Assembly (NCBI GenBank): GCA_902800045.1
Contig: CADCCZ010000006.1
Span: forward strand, 66,174-130,173
Direction of reading: 5' to 3'
Source: an uncultured Bacteroidia bacterium
GTDB taxonomy: Bacteria > Bacteroidota > Bacteroidia > Bacteroidales > ML635J-15
Length of the DNA stretch: 64,000 nt
Shown: one piece after another, positions 9,893-18,710 of the stretch
How the letters are laid out: each line of letters opens with the position of its first letter
Position numbering within the stretch: the stretch's first letter is position 1
The notes under the pieces: generated by a model
Told to the model about the DNA's origin: nothing
Seen by the model: only the letters and a program-made list of their open reading frames with translations
The model's database searches: none
Translations under genes and position numbers: made by a program

Positions 9893-10843
9893 TTACCTAT
9901 TTATAACCTCAATTGCCCTTTCTACATCCTTTTCCGTAATTCCTATAATTGGATCGATGCGGATGAAATGGTCTTGCAGTTCGGGTAACACTTCTTTCAA
10001 GTCATCGAAGATGACGAATCGGCGCGAATCGCTGTTGGCATCAAGCACTTCGTCGAAATACCACTTTATTTCGTTGCCTCGGCACAAACTTAGCATATCC
10101 ACTTGGGTCAAGTCGGTGTCGCGCAGTTTGTCGTCCAGCAGGTGCAAAGGCGTAATATCTACAATTCTACCAGGTAAATCGCGGTCGTACCACATCCTCT
10201 GCAAGACATTCAGCCCCATATAGCGCCACGACGAACTGACAACAATACGCGCACCAGTAACATCGATTATTTTCCGCAAATTCGACACAGCCTCGGGGTC
10301 GAACAACTGACCATATTTGTCATCGCTGGGCAGACCCTTGCTTTTCAATTCGCAATAATATTTCTCGGTGTTCAGAACGCCATCGAAATCGAGAAAAATA
10401 ATCGGACAATCCTTCTCATTATCTTGTGCTGCAATCTCTTGCTCTTTTTCAAAGCAGACATCAGCTGTCGTTCTGAATACTTTCTGTTCGTTGTGCTTGC
10501 CTGTTGTCTGCCAATCCAGTAGCAACGGGCGTTCCTTTTCGACAAGGTAATCCGAACACTCCAGCAAGGTGTCCTTGTCGGTGTCGAAAAAGATGTCTTC
10601 CGTAGCCTTTGGCAACCGTCTGAAAAGTTCGCGACTTCCAATGAAGAGTTCCTTGTTCTCCAGAAAATTATTCAAAGTTCCCATAATGGTGAACTTGTTT
10701 TCCTCAATGTGGTGTAATACGGCTTCCTTTATAAATTCATCAAGCACATCTTTAAGTCTGCTTTCGTCATAATTTGCGCCGCTAGCCTTCAAATATGCCT
10801 CCAGATGTGGCATTTCATAGTAAAGTTCAATCGTTCCTTTCAT
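9893..10843 (-). CDS. Two-domain protein: unknown N-terminal domain + HAD-superfamily phosphatase domain of the HAD_SAK type
   Basis: C-terminal half: IIFLDFDGVLNTEKYY (DxDGVL motif I), IVVSSSWR (motif II-like), RGNEIKWY, FVIFDDL (motif IV). Confidence 0.55.
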   Translation of the reverse strand: MKGTIELYYEMPHLEAYLKASGANYDESRLKDVLDEFIKEAVLHHIEENKFTIMGTLNNFLENKELFIGSRELFRRLPKATEDIFFDTDKDTLLECSDYLVEKERPLLLDWQTTGKHNEQKVFRTTADVCFEKEQEIAAQDNEKDCPIIFLDFDGVLNTEKYYCELKSKGLPSDDKYGQLFDPEAVSNLRKIIDVTGARIVVSSSWRYMGLNVLQRMWYDRDLPGRIVDITPLHLLDDKLRDTDLTQVDMLSLCRGNEIKWYFDEVLDANSDSRRFVIFDDLKEVLPELQDHFIRIDPIIGITEKDVERAIEVINR

Positions 10844-10866
10844 TTTTATAATCTTTTATTTTGCTG

Positions 10867-10874
10867 CAAAATTA
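10867..10874 (-). promoter_or_regulatory. -7 promoter box (TAATTTTG on minus strand)
   Basis: Plus-strand caaaatta lies 24 nt upstream of the 10843 ATG. Confidence 0.4.
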
Positions 10875-10926
10875 TGTGCCGAATGTGCCACTATGCGGCG
10901 CAGTGCAAAAAAAATTACATTTTCTC

Positions 10927-10977
10927 GTCCTTCGGGATTTGTACTCCCGAAGGCTCGAATATAAGGATTTGTAATCC
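10927..10977. repeat. Right half only of the palindromic repeat
   Basis: gtccttcgggatttgtactcccgaaggctcgaatataaggatttgtaatcc matches 5675-5725 at 48/51. Confidence 0.8.
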
Positions 10978-11084
10978 CCAAAAAACATCGTTGAAAAAAA
11001 ACACAAACAAATCTGAATTGCGTACCCAAAATATTTATAATTTTACGCAAAATTTTTTAACGCAAACACTAATATAGAAATACA

Positions 11085-13937
11085 ATGATTAGAGAAGATT
11101 TCTACACCCGCCACGTGGGTCCGAGGGAAAGCGAATACGCTGAAATGCTCAAGAAAATCGGAGCAAAATCACTCGACAAATTCATTGATCAGGTCATCCC
11201 GACCAAAATCAGACTGAAAGAAAACCTTAAGCTCGACGAACCGCTCACCGAAGACGAGTTCCTTGTAAAACTGAAGGCTATGGCCGCAAAAAACAAGATT
11301 TACCGCTCGCTTATCGGTATGGGTTACTACGGCACTGCTGTTCCATCGGTAATCCTGCGCAATGTCTTCGAAAATCCAAGCTGGTACACTTCATACACTC
11401 CGTATCAGGCTGAAATTTCGCAGGGCCGTCTCGAAGCTCTCCTTAACTTCCAGACCGTAATCACCGAACTCACAGGAATGGAACTTGCAAACTGCTCGCT
11501 CCTCGATGAAGGTACCGCAGCAGCCGAAGCAGCAAGAATGATGTTCGAATGCCGTTCGCGTCAGGCAGCAAAGGAAGGCCGCAACGTAGTTTTCGTTGAC
11601 AAGGACATCTTCCCGCAGACTCTCGACGTTATCCTTATGCGTACCGAACCACTAGGAATCGAGGTCGAAGTTGGCGACTACAAGAAGGTAAAACTCTCGA
11701 AGAAATATATAGGTGCAATCCTCCAGTACCCGAGCGCAAGCGGCGAAATCCGCGACTATGCAAAGTTCACCGAAACTGCACACGAAAACGAAATGCTCGT
11801 AACTGCAGTTGTTGACACTATGGCTCTCGTACTGCTCAAGTCGCCGGCATCGTGGGGTGCTGACATAGTAGTTGGTAACACACAGCGTTTCGGACTTCCG
11901 ATGGGATTCGGCGGACCGCACGCAGCTTTCATGGCTACTTCCGACAAGTATAAACGCAAAATGCCGGGACGTATAATCGGTGTCAGCGTTGATAAGTTCG
12001 GACGCAAGGCTCTCCGTCTCGCATTGCAGACCCGCGAACAGCACATCAAGCGCGAAGATGCTACATCGAACATCTGCACCGCTCAGGCTCTGCTCGCAAT
12101 GATGGCTGGTTTCTACGTTGTATATCACGGACCAGAAGGAATGAGAAGAATCGCTAACAACATCTACTCATCAGCAAAATTCCTCGCTGCCGAAATCAAG
12201 AAGCTCGGCTACAAGATTGAACATACAAACATATTCGATACAGTTATCGTTAACGGCGCAGACAAGAAGGCTATCGAAAAGCTCGCTTTGCAGCGCAAGA
12301 TTAACTTCCACTACATCGATGAAAAGACCGTTGGCTTCAGCACCGACGAACTTATTTCGGTTGCCGATGTAAACAACATCCTCGAAATCTTTGCTCTCGC
12401 TGCTGGCAAGAAGGCAAAGAAGGTCGTAGATGTTCCGATGGTAAATATGGATGCTAAGTTCGCAAGAACCGACAGCATTTTCAACCAGAAGGTATTCAAC
12501 AGCTACCACAGCGAAACCGAAATGATGCGTTACATCAAGAAACTCGAACGTCGTGACATTTCTCTCACCCAGTCGATGATTTCACTCGGTTCGTGCACAA
12601 TGAAGCTCAACCCTGCAACTTCGATGTTGCCGCTCAGCTGGCCGGAATTTGCAAACATTCACCCGTTTGTTCCGAAGAACCAGGCTCTCGGTTACTACGA
12701 ACTCATCGAAGACATTTCGAAGGACCTTTCGACAATTACAGGCTTTGCAGCAACAACCTTGCAGCCAAATTCTGGAGCAACTGGCGAACATACAGGCCTT
12801 ATGATTATCCGTGCATACCACCACTCAAGAAAGGAAGCTCACAGGAATGTCTGCATTATCCCGACATCGGCACACGGAACCAACCCTGCAAGTATGGCAA
12901 TGGCAGGTTTCAAACTTGTTCTTGTCAACTGCGACGAACACGGTAACATCGATGTTAAGGATTTGAAGGAAAAGGCAGTTGCCAACAAGGACAACCTTGC
13001 TGCAATGATGATTACCTATCCATCAACCCACGGCGTATTCGAGAACAAGATTCTCGACATCGTAAAGATTATCCACGACAACGGCGGTCTTGTATATATG
13101 GACGGCGCAAACATGAACGCACAGGTAGCACTCACCAACCCGGGAACTATCGGAGCAGATGTTTGCCACCTCAATCTCCACAAGACCTTTGCTAGCCCTC
13201 ACGGTGGTGGCGGTCCTGGCATCGGAACCGTTTCGGTATGCAAGAAGCTCGTTGACTTCCTCCCGACCCACAGCGTAATTAAGACCGGTGGCAAGAAGGG
13301 CATCCGCGCTATCACATCGGCTCCGTTCGGCAGTGCAATGATTCTCCCGATTACCTACGCATATATCAAGATGATGGGTGAACGCGGTTTGAAGGAAGCT
13401 ACAAAGATTGCTATCCTCAACGCAAACTACATTGCTAGCGAACTGAAGGATACTTTCAATGTTCTCTACACTGGCGAAACTGGCCGTTGCGCACACGAAA
13501 TGATTCTTGACGTTCAGAAGTTCCGCGCTGAATATGGCGTAGAAGCAGCCGACATCGCACACCGTCTGATGGACTTCGGTTTCCATGCTCCTACATTGTC
13601 GTTCCCAGTACACGAAACCCTTATGGTTGAACCTACCGAGAGCGAAAGCAAGCAGGAACTCGACCGCTTCATCGAGACAATGAAGGTTATCAAGGCTGAA
13701 TGCGAGGACATCAAGGCTGGTAAGTACACCCGCGAGGACAATCCTCTTGTAAATGCACCTCACACCCAGTTCGAATGTACTGCAAGCGAGTGGAACCACT
13801 GCTATCCGCGTGAAAAGGCTGCCTTCCCGCTGCCATGGATCAAGGAAAACAAGTTCTGGCCTTACGTTGCAAAGATTGACAACGCATACGGCGACCGCAA
13901 CCTAGACTGCAAGTGCAACCAGCTCGAAGAAGAATAA
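11085..13937 (+). CDS. gcvP: Glycine dehydrogenase (decarboxylating), single-chain P protein
   Basis: 950 aa. Start MIREDFYTRHVGP. Family motifs SWYTSYTPYQAEISQGRLE and LNLHKTFASPHGGGGPG (PLP-lysine region). Confidence 0.95.
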   Translation: MIREDFYTRHVGPRESEYAEMLKKIGAKSLDKFIDQVIPTKIRLKENLKLDEPLTEDEFLVKLKAMAAKNKIYRSLIGMGYYGTAVPSVILRNVFENPSWYTSYTPYQAEISQGRLEALLNFQTVITELTGMELANCSLLDEGTAAAEAARMMFECRSRQAAKEGRNVVFVDKDIFPQTLDVILMRTEPLGIEVEVGDYKKVKLSKKYIGAILQYPSASGEIRDYAKFTETAHENEMLVTAVVDTMALVLLKSPASWGADIVVGNTQRFGLPMGFGGPHAAFMATSDKYKRKMPGRIIGVSVDKFGRKALRLALQTREQHIKREDATSNICTAQALLAMMAGFYVVYHGPEGMRRIANNIYSSAKFLAAEIKKLGYKIEHTNIFDTVIVNGADKKAIEKLALQRKINFHYIDEKTVGFSTDELISVADVNNILEIFALAAGKKAKKVVDVPMVNMDAKFARTDSIFNQKVFNSYHSETEMMRYIKKLERRDISLTQSMISLGSCTMKLNPATSMLPLSWPEFANIHPFVPKNQALGYYELIEDISKDLSTITGFAATTLQPNSGATGEHTGLMIIRAYHHSRKEAHRNVCIIPTSAHGTNPASMAMAGFKLVLVNCDEHGNIDVKDLKEKAVANKDNLAAMMITYPSTHGVFENKILDIVKIIHDNGGLVYMDGANMNAQVALTNPGTIGADVCHLNLHKTFASPHGGGGPGIGTVSVCKKLVDFLPTHSVIKTGGKKGIRAITSAPFGSAMILPITYAYIKMMGERGLKEATKIAILNANYIASELKDTFNVLYTGETGRCAHEMILDVQKFRAEYGVEAADIAHRLMDFGFHAPTLSFPVHETLMVEPTESESKQELDRFIETMKVIKAECEDIKAGKYTREDNPLVNAPHTQFECTASEWNHCYPREKAAFPLPWIKENKFWPYVAKIDNAYGDRNLDCKCNQLEEE

Positions 13938-13955
13938 ACGATTGATTTATAAACG

Positions 13956-13988
13956 AAAAAGTCCGGCAGATTGTCGGACTTTTTTATT
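13956..13988 (+). terminator. Rho-independent terminator of gcvP
   Basis: AAAAAGTCCG-gcagattgt-CGGACTTTTT followed by a T run. Confidence 0.7.
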
Positions 13989-13992
13989 GTAC

Positions 13993-14059
13993 AGACGCAA
14001 AATTTTGCGTCTCAATCAATGCAAATCATTGCAATCGGCGCAAATCATTGCGCCGCTAC
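13993..14059. repeat. Cluster of REP-like hairpins at the convergent gcvP/mutS2 junction
   Basis: Hairpins AGACGCAAaattTTGCGTCT, CAATGcaaatCATTG and GGCGCAAatcaTTGCGCC+GCTAC. The 39-mer at 14021-14059 is identical to 25315-25353. Confidence 0.7.
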
Positions 14060-16524
14060 AGTTTTACAACTGTTATTCCGTCTCCGCCAAACCTTATATC
14101 CTCGTCGTTAATTGACTTCACCTGCGAAATGGTCTTTAGGTACTGGCGAATATTCTGGCGAAGGATGCCGTTGCCACGTCCGTGCAGAATTTTCAGTTCG
14201 TGATGACTGAGCATAACGGCCGCATCCACAAGCTCCTCAATCTTGCGTAAAGCCTCATCGGTACGGTCGCCACGAACATCAATGTACGGCTTGAAATTCA
14301 ACGCCTTTTCGCTATACAATGCCGAAGCCGACGACTGCTTACGCTGGTTTGCATATTCCTCCTGTGGAACCTTCTGCAACTTGTCCAAAGCAACCGACAT
14401 ATATAGGCTGCCGAAGCAAACAACAGCCGTCTTTTCGCCAAGCCCAGTGACCTCCCCTATCGCTTCCTGCCCCACCAGACGGACCTTGCTGCCAATATTT
14501 ATCTTGTCCTCGTCGACAGGAATAATCTCCAGTTTCTTGGCTTCCTCGCGGGCTTTCTTACGTGCCTCACGTTCCTCGACCTTACGCTTCACATATTCGT
14601 ACTTGCGTGCAAATTCGGTTTCGTCAACCTCCTTCGACTTCTCAAAGTCCTCCTTGAACTGCCTTACCTCCTCTCGTACTTCCTTCACCTTTTCCTTGTC
14701 GGCATTGCTGCGTTTGATTTCCGAAATGGTGTTCTCAATCTGCTTGTTCACACCGCTCAAAAGTTGTTCGGCCTCGCTTCGTGCGCTCTCGATTATCTGC
14801 TTGCGCTTAGTCTTTATAAGCTCAAGCTCCTCGAGATTTTTCTTCAGAGTCTCGTCAACACGCTTGCTCTGCTCGGTCACCTGCTTGCGCTTGCGCTCCC
14901 AATAACGCTTGTCGCGCATAAGTTCGCGCAAAAAACGGTCGATGTTCATCTGCTGGGTGCCAGTCTTCTCGACCACCTTATTTATAATTGCCTCGGGCAG
15001 ACCAATCCTACGCGCAATTTCCACCGCATACGACGAGCCAGGAATTCCTACTTCGAGGATAAAGGTCGGCTGCATATTGGTATGGTCAATCAGCATGGCA
15101 CCATTAATGATGCCCTCAGCCTCTGCGGCAAAAACCTTCAGATTGGTATAATGCGTGGTTATCATGCCGAAAGTCTTGGTGGCATTCAGTTGCTCGAGTA
15201 TAGCCTCGGCGATTGTTCCACCTATTATCGGGTCGGTTCCTGCACCGAACTCATCTATGAAAATAAGAGAATCGGGACCGGCATTCCTTAGGAAATACTT
15301 CATGTTGACCAAGTGCGAACTATATGTACTAAGGTCATTTTCAATCGATTGCTGGTCACCAATATCGAGCATAATCTTCTTGAAAATTCCAAACGAAGAT
15401 GCACCGCCAACAGGCACCGGCAGTCCGCACTGCAACATATAGGCAAGTATTGCAGCAGTCTTGAGGCAGACGCTCTTTCCCCCAGCATTTGGACCCGAAA
15501 TCAGCAGGATACGGTTTACGGAATCAAGACGGAAAGACGTAGGGACAATTTCTCGGTTTTCCCTTTTAAGTGTCAGATACAGAAGTGGATGCTTGCCACG
15601 AACAATGTCAAGGCAAGGCTCTTCATGTACAGAGGGAATTATTGCTTCGATGGAAATTGCAAACTTTGCCTTTGCACGGATGAAGTCGAGTTCGGCAAGC
15701 ACCTGCGAGATGTTCTTCAGGTCGTCGGCGTAAGGTCGGAACTCGCAGGTAAGGTCGTAGAGTATCTTTTGTATTTCGCGGGCTTCGGAAAGTTCCAGTT
15801 CGCGGATGCGGTTGTTCATCTCCAGCACCTCCTGCGGTTCTATGTAGGAAGTCTTTCCACTTGCAGATTCATCGTGAACAAAACCCTGAACCTTACGCTT
15901 GTAAGTAGTTTCGATAGGCAGCACCAGACGACCGTTTACCATAGTTGCCGACAAGTCCTTGCTAACCCAGCCCTGCTCGCGGAACGAAGTGAGTATGGTG
16001 TTCAGTTTCCGCGACACCGACTCCTGCGTAGAAATGAGCGACGAGCGTATTTCGCGCAGTTCGGGCGAAGCGGTATCCTTAATTTCGCCATTTTTCGTAA
16101 GCACCGACTGAATGCGGTCGTAGAGATAGGTTGGGAAATTTATCGAATCGACAATCTTCTTGAGGTTTGGGAATTCGTTTTTGTCGTCGGTGCGGAAAAA
16201 TGCACGCAGAGCACGGCTGTTTTCGAGAACGGTGCGGATGTCGACCAGTTCGAAAAGTTGCAGGCTTGTACCCTCCACGTGCATACGCGAAGCCGCCTGC
16301 GACACATCGGGGTAATTGTTGGCTGGATAATTGTCCTTGAGCATGCAGATGCTCATCATTTCGCCAGTTAGCGCAAGCGACTTGCGGATGCAGCCGATGT
16401 CGGTCGAAAAAGCAATCTCATCGACTATGCCCTTTGCAGGTGCAGCAATGCATTCCGACTTTATCAGGTTGCGGATTTTATCGAAACCTATCTTTGACTC
16501 AAAATTATCGGGATAAAAAAACAT
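14056..16524 (-). CDS. mutS2: Endonuclease MutS2 (MutS domain V ATPase + C-terminal Smr)
   Basis: 822 aa. Walker A ISGPNAGGKS, STYSSH, DEFGAGTDP. C-terminal Smr LKILHGRGNGILRQ. Confidence 0.9.
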   Translation of the reverse strand: MFFYPDNFESKIGFDKIRNLIKSECIAAPAKGIVDEIAFSTDIGCIRKSLALTGEMMSICMLKDNYPANNYPDVSQAASRMHVEGTSLQLFELVDIRTVLENSRALRAFFRTDDKNEFPNLKKIVDSINFPTYLYDRIQSVLTKNGEIKDTASPELREIRSSLISTQESVSRKLNTILTSFREQGWVSKDLSATMVNGRLVLPIETTYKRKVQGFVHDESASGKTSYIEPQEVLEMNNRIRELELSEAREIQKILYDLTCEFRPYADDLKNISQVLAELDFIRAKAKFAISIEAIIPSVHEEPCLDIVRGKHPLLYLTLKRENREIVPTSFRLDSVNRILLISGPNAGGKSVCLKTAAILAYMLQCGLPVPVGGASSFGIFKKIMLDIGDQQSIENDLSTYSSHLVNMKYFLRNAGPDSLIFIDEFGAGTDPIIGGTIAEAILEQLNATKTFGMITTHYTNLKVFAAEAEGIINGAMLIDHTNMQPTFILEVGIPGSSYAVEIARRIGLPEAIINKVVEKTGTQQMNIDRFLRELMRDKRYWERKRKQVTEQSKRVDETLKKNLEELELIKTKRKQIIESARSEAEQLLSGVNKQIENTISEIKRSNADKEKVKEVREEVRQFKEDFEKSKEVDETEFARKYEYVKRKVEEREARKKAREEAKKLEIIPVDEDKINIGSKVRLVGQEAIGEVTGLGEKTAVVCFGSLYMSVALDKLQKVPQEEYANQRKQSSASALYSEKALNFKPYIDVRGDRTDEALRKIEELVDAAVMLSHHELKILHGRGNGILRQNIRQYLKTISQVKSINDEDIRFGGDGITVVKL

Positions 16525-16527
16525 AAT

Positions 16528-16597
16528 TTACAATGGACAATTGATAATGGATAATTGACAATTTTCGAATTTTCAAATCTTCAAATCTTCGAATCTT
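16528..16597. repeat. Heptamer array (KGAYAAT type, 16528-16562) abutting an octamer array (YTTCRAAT, 16563-16597)
   Basis: ttacaat ggacaat tgataat ggataat tgacaat, then tttcgaat tttcaaat cttcaaat cttcgaat. The array fills the whole mutS2-start to ftsB-like-stop gap. Confidence 0.85.
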
Positions 16598-16915
16598 CTA
16601 CTCCTCCAATATCACAAGAAATATATCCTCGTCCTCCTCCTTCATGTAGTACTGTTCACGGGCAAACTTCTCGAGTTCTTCCTTTCCCGACATAAGTTCG
16701 TCTAGACGGGTGCTGTTCTCCAAATTTTCCTTCTCGTAGTACTTTTCGTTTTCACGCAGTTCGTGCAACTTGCTCATCTTCTCGAACCTGTCGATCAGAT
16801 TGAAATCGTCGAAAAACGTTATCCAAACAAGGAACAGAATAGCAACCACCCATCCCATGTATTTAGAGGAAAAATCCTTTACCTTACCGAATATTTTCTT
16901 GAACTTTTCTTTCAT
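16598..16915 (-). CDS. Septum formation initiator family protein (FtsB/DivIC-like)
   Basis: 105 aa with one N-terminal TM helix (WVVAILFLVWITFF) followed by a charged coiled-coil segment. Confidence 0.6.
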   Translation of the reverse strand: MKEKFKKIFGKVKDFSSKYMGWVVAILFLVWITFFDDFNLIDRFEKMSKLHELRENEKYYEKENLENSTRLDELMSGKEELEKFAREQYYMKEEDEDIFLVILEE

Positions 16916-16991
16916 CAGCGCAAATTTAAGACATATCTCACAACCTAAAACGAAAAAAACAATTTAGTTTTCAACATGTTTATAAAGAGGG

Positions 16992-17153
16992 GGCTAACAG
17001 GCTAGAAGGCTAACAGGCTAGAAGGCTAACAGGCGAGAAGGCTAACAGGCTAAAAGGCTAACAGGCTAAAAGGCTAACAGGCGAGCTGTCTAGCAGAGGA
17101 TCTGTCTGACAGACAGCCAGACCGTTAGACTGCAAGACTGTTAGCCTGTTAGA
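16992..17153. repeat. Array of GGCTAACA/GGCTAGAA-type octamers (16-bp super-unit, about 6.5 copies) plus an inverted partial copy and a CTGTCTGaCAGACAG palindrome
   Basis: ggctaacaggctagaa x2, ggctaacaggcgagaa, ggctaacaggctaaaa x2 ... The segment gttagcctgttag (17140-17153) is the reverse complement of the array word. Confidence 0.85.
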
Positions 17154-17194
17154 CATAAATCAAAAATCGTAAATCGTAAGTCGTAAATATATTG

Positions 17195-17202
17195 TACCTT
17201 TG
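17195..17202 (+). promoter_or_regulatory. -7 promoter box TACCTTTG
   Basis: TAnnTTTG match 18 nt upstream of the ATG at 17221. Confidence 0.45.
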
Positions 17203-17220
17203 CACATAAATTTTTTCGGT

Positions 17221-18225
17221 ATGACATACGACCAGATTCTAAACGATTTGAAGAACAAAATTTACAAGCCTATATACCTTCTATATGGCGAAGAATCGTA
17301 CTTTATCGATAAAATCACCGACTATATTGCCGAAAATGTGCTCACCGATGCAGAGAAATCTTTCAACCAAATTGTAATGTACGGCAAGGACACCGATGTA
17401 AAAAGCGTCATACAGGCTGCACGACGCTTCCCGATGATGTCGAACTACCAGGTCGTAATCGTCAAGGAAGCTCAGAACCTGAAGCCGCTTGCCGACTTCG
17501 AAGTGTATCTCGAAGCTCCACTCCAGTCAACAATTCTAGTCCTTGCAGTAAAGGACGCTGGCAAAATCGACAAGCGTACTAAATTTATGAAACTTGCCGA
17601 CAAGATCGGTGCTGTACTCGAGTCGAAGAAGCTCTACGAGAACGAAATGATAAAATGGGTGTCGAGCCTTGCCAAGTCGTACGAACTCACACTCACACCC
17701 GAAGCGCAACGCATGATGTACGAGCACATTGGTGCCGACCTCTCCCGCTTGGATGGCGAGATGAAAAAACTAAGGACAGCCGTAAGCGACATTTCGGTGC
17801 CAATCGACGGAAAAACCGTCGCCCAGAACATCGGCATCAACCGCGAATTCAACATTTTCGAGCTGCAGAAGGCTATAGGTACAAAGAACGCACTGAAGGC
17901 ATACCAGATTACAGACTATTTCGCAAAGAACCCCAAAAGCACTTACATAGGCTTGGCAATAAAGCAGATATTCGACTACTTTGTCCGCATAATGAAAGTG
18001 CACTACGCCAAGGACAAGAGCAAGAACGGTCTTGCCAGCGAACTTGGCGTCAACCCATACTTTGTGGATGAATACACCACAGCCGCCAGGTATTATCCTG
18101 CAGCAAAAATCTTCAGCATAGTATCATTCCTGCGCGATGCCGACATGAAGAGCAAAGGTATGGGCGGCACATACGAGGATGGCGACATCTATAAGGAATT
18201 AATTTTCAAAATCATGCACGTATGA
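17221..18225 (+). CDS. holA: DNA polymerase III delta subunit
   Basis: IYLLYGEESYFIDKI ... VIVKEAQNL are typical of HolA. The start was moved to the ATG at 17221 because the track start at 17200 is a TTG inside the promoter box. Confidence 0.8.
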   Translation: MTYDQILNDLKNKIYKPIYLLYGEESYFIDKITDYIAENVLTDAEKSFNQIVMYGKDTDVKSVIQAARRFPMMSNYQVVIVKEAQNLKPLADFEVYLEAPLQSTILVLAVKDAGKIDKRTKFMKLADKIGAVLESKKLYENEMIKWVSSLAKSYELTLTPEAQRMMYEHIGADLSRLDGEMKKLRTAVSDISVPIDGKTVAQNIGINREFNIFELQKAIGTKNALKAYQITDYFAKNPKSTYIGLAIKQIFDYFVRIMKVHYAKDKSKNGLASELGVNPYFVDEYTTAARYYPAAKIFSIVSFLRDADMKSKGMGGTYEDGDIYKELIFKIMHV

Positions 18226-18710
18226 ACAAGGCGGTTTTTCTCGATAGGGACGGTGTGATAAACAAGGAACTCGGTCGCTACTGCGAAAACGTGGACGAAT
18301 TCGAGATTCTCGAGGATGTCGGCCTTGCCATAAAAGTGCTGAAAGAAGCAGGTTTCCTTGTCATAATCATTTCGAACCAAGGCGGAATAGCCAAGGGACT
18401 TTACACCGAAGCCGACGTAAACCGAATGCACGACAAGCTCTGCCAGCACACATCCAAATTCGGTGCCAGCATCGACGACTTCTACTTCTGCCCCCACCAC
18501 GACTCCATAAGCCGCTGCCTCTGCCGCAAGCCCAACAGCCTGATGATTGAAAAGGCTATGGCAACCTACAACATCGACCCAAGCCAGTCGTACATGATTG
18601 GCGACGGCAAACGCGACATCGAAGCTGCCGAACGCGCCGGGGTAAAGGGCATACTCATCGAATCGAATTCTGGAATTCTTGAAATCTGCAAACAAATAGC
18701 ATCGGAATAA
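18222..18710 (+). CDS. gmhB: D-glycero-D-manno-heptose-1,7-bisphosphate phosphatase (HAD-IIIA)
   Basis: FLDRDGVIN, ISNQGGIAKG, a C-x-H-x(n)-C-x-C zinc motif (FCPHH...CLCRKP) and GDGKRDIEAA. ATGA overlap with holA. Confidence 0.8.
   Translation: MNKAVFLDRDGVINKELGRYCENVDEFEILEDVGLAIKVLKEAGFLVIIISNQGGIAKGLYTEADVNRMHDKLCQHTSKFGASIDDFYFCPHHDSISRCLCRKPNSLMIEKAMATYNIDPSQSYMIGDGKRDIEAAERAGVKGILIESNSGILEICKQIASE

Noticed and set aside
13023-13799. 258-aa antisense ORF inside gcvP. Similar long antisense ORFs occur at 15313-16371 (in mutS2), 21500-22303 (in pfkA), 20428-21031 (in the MutS-like gene), 26926-27705 (in wecB) and 33370-34260 (in wecE).
   Set aside because: Each lies entirely opposite a gene with unambiguous conserved motifs and has a low-complexity, Cys/Val/His-rich composition typical of antisense frames.
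17200-17220. N-terminal extensions given by the ORF track (also 28980-28997, 33112-33117, 34243-34374, 42648-42674, 47586-47615, 51045-51053, 57780-57788 and 61835-61843)
   Set aside because: The track starts are TTG/GTG codons that fall inside or upstream of TAnnTTTG promoter boxes or add non-homologous residues. The first in-frame ATG matches family N-termini, so the starts were trimmed.
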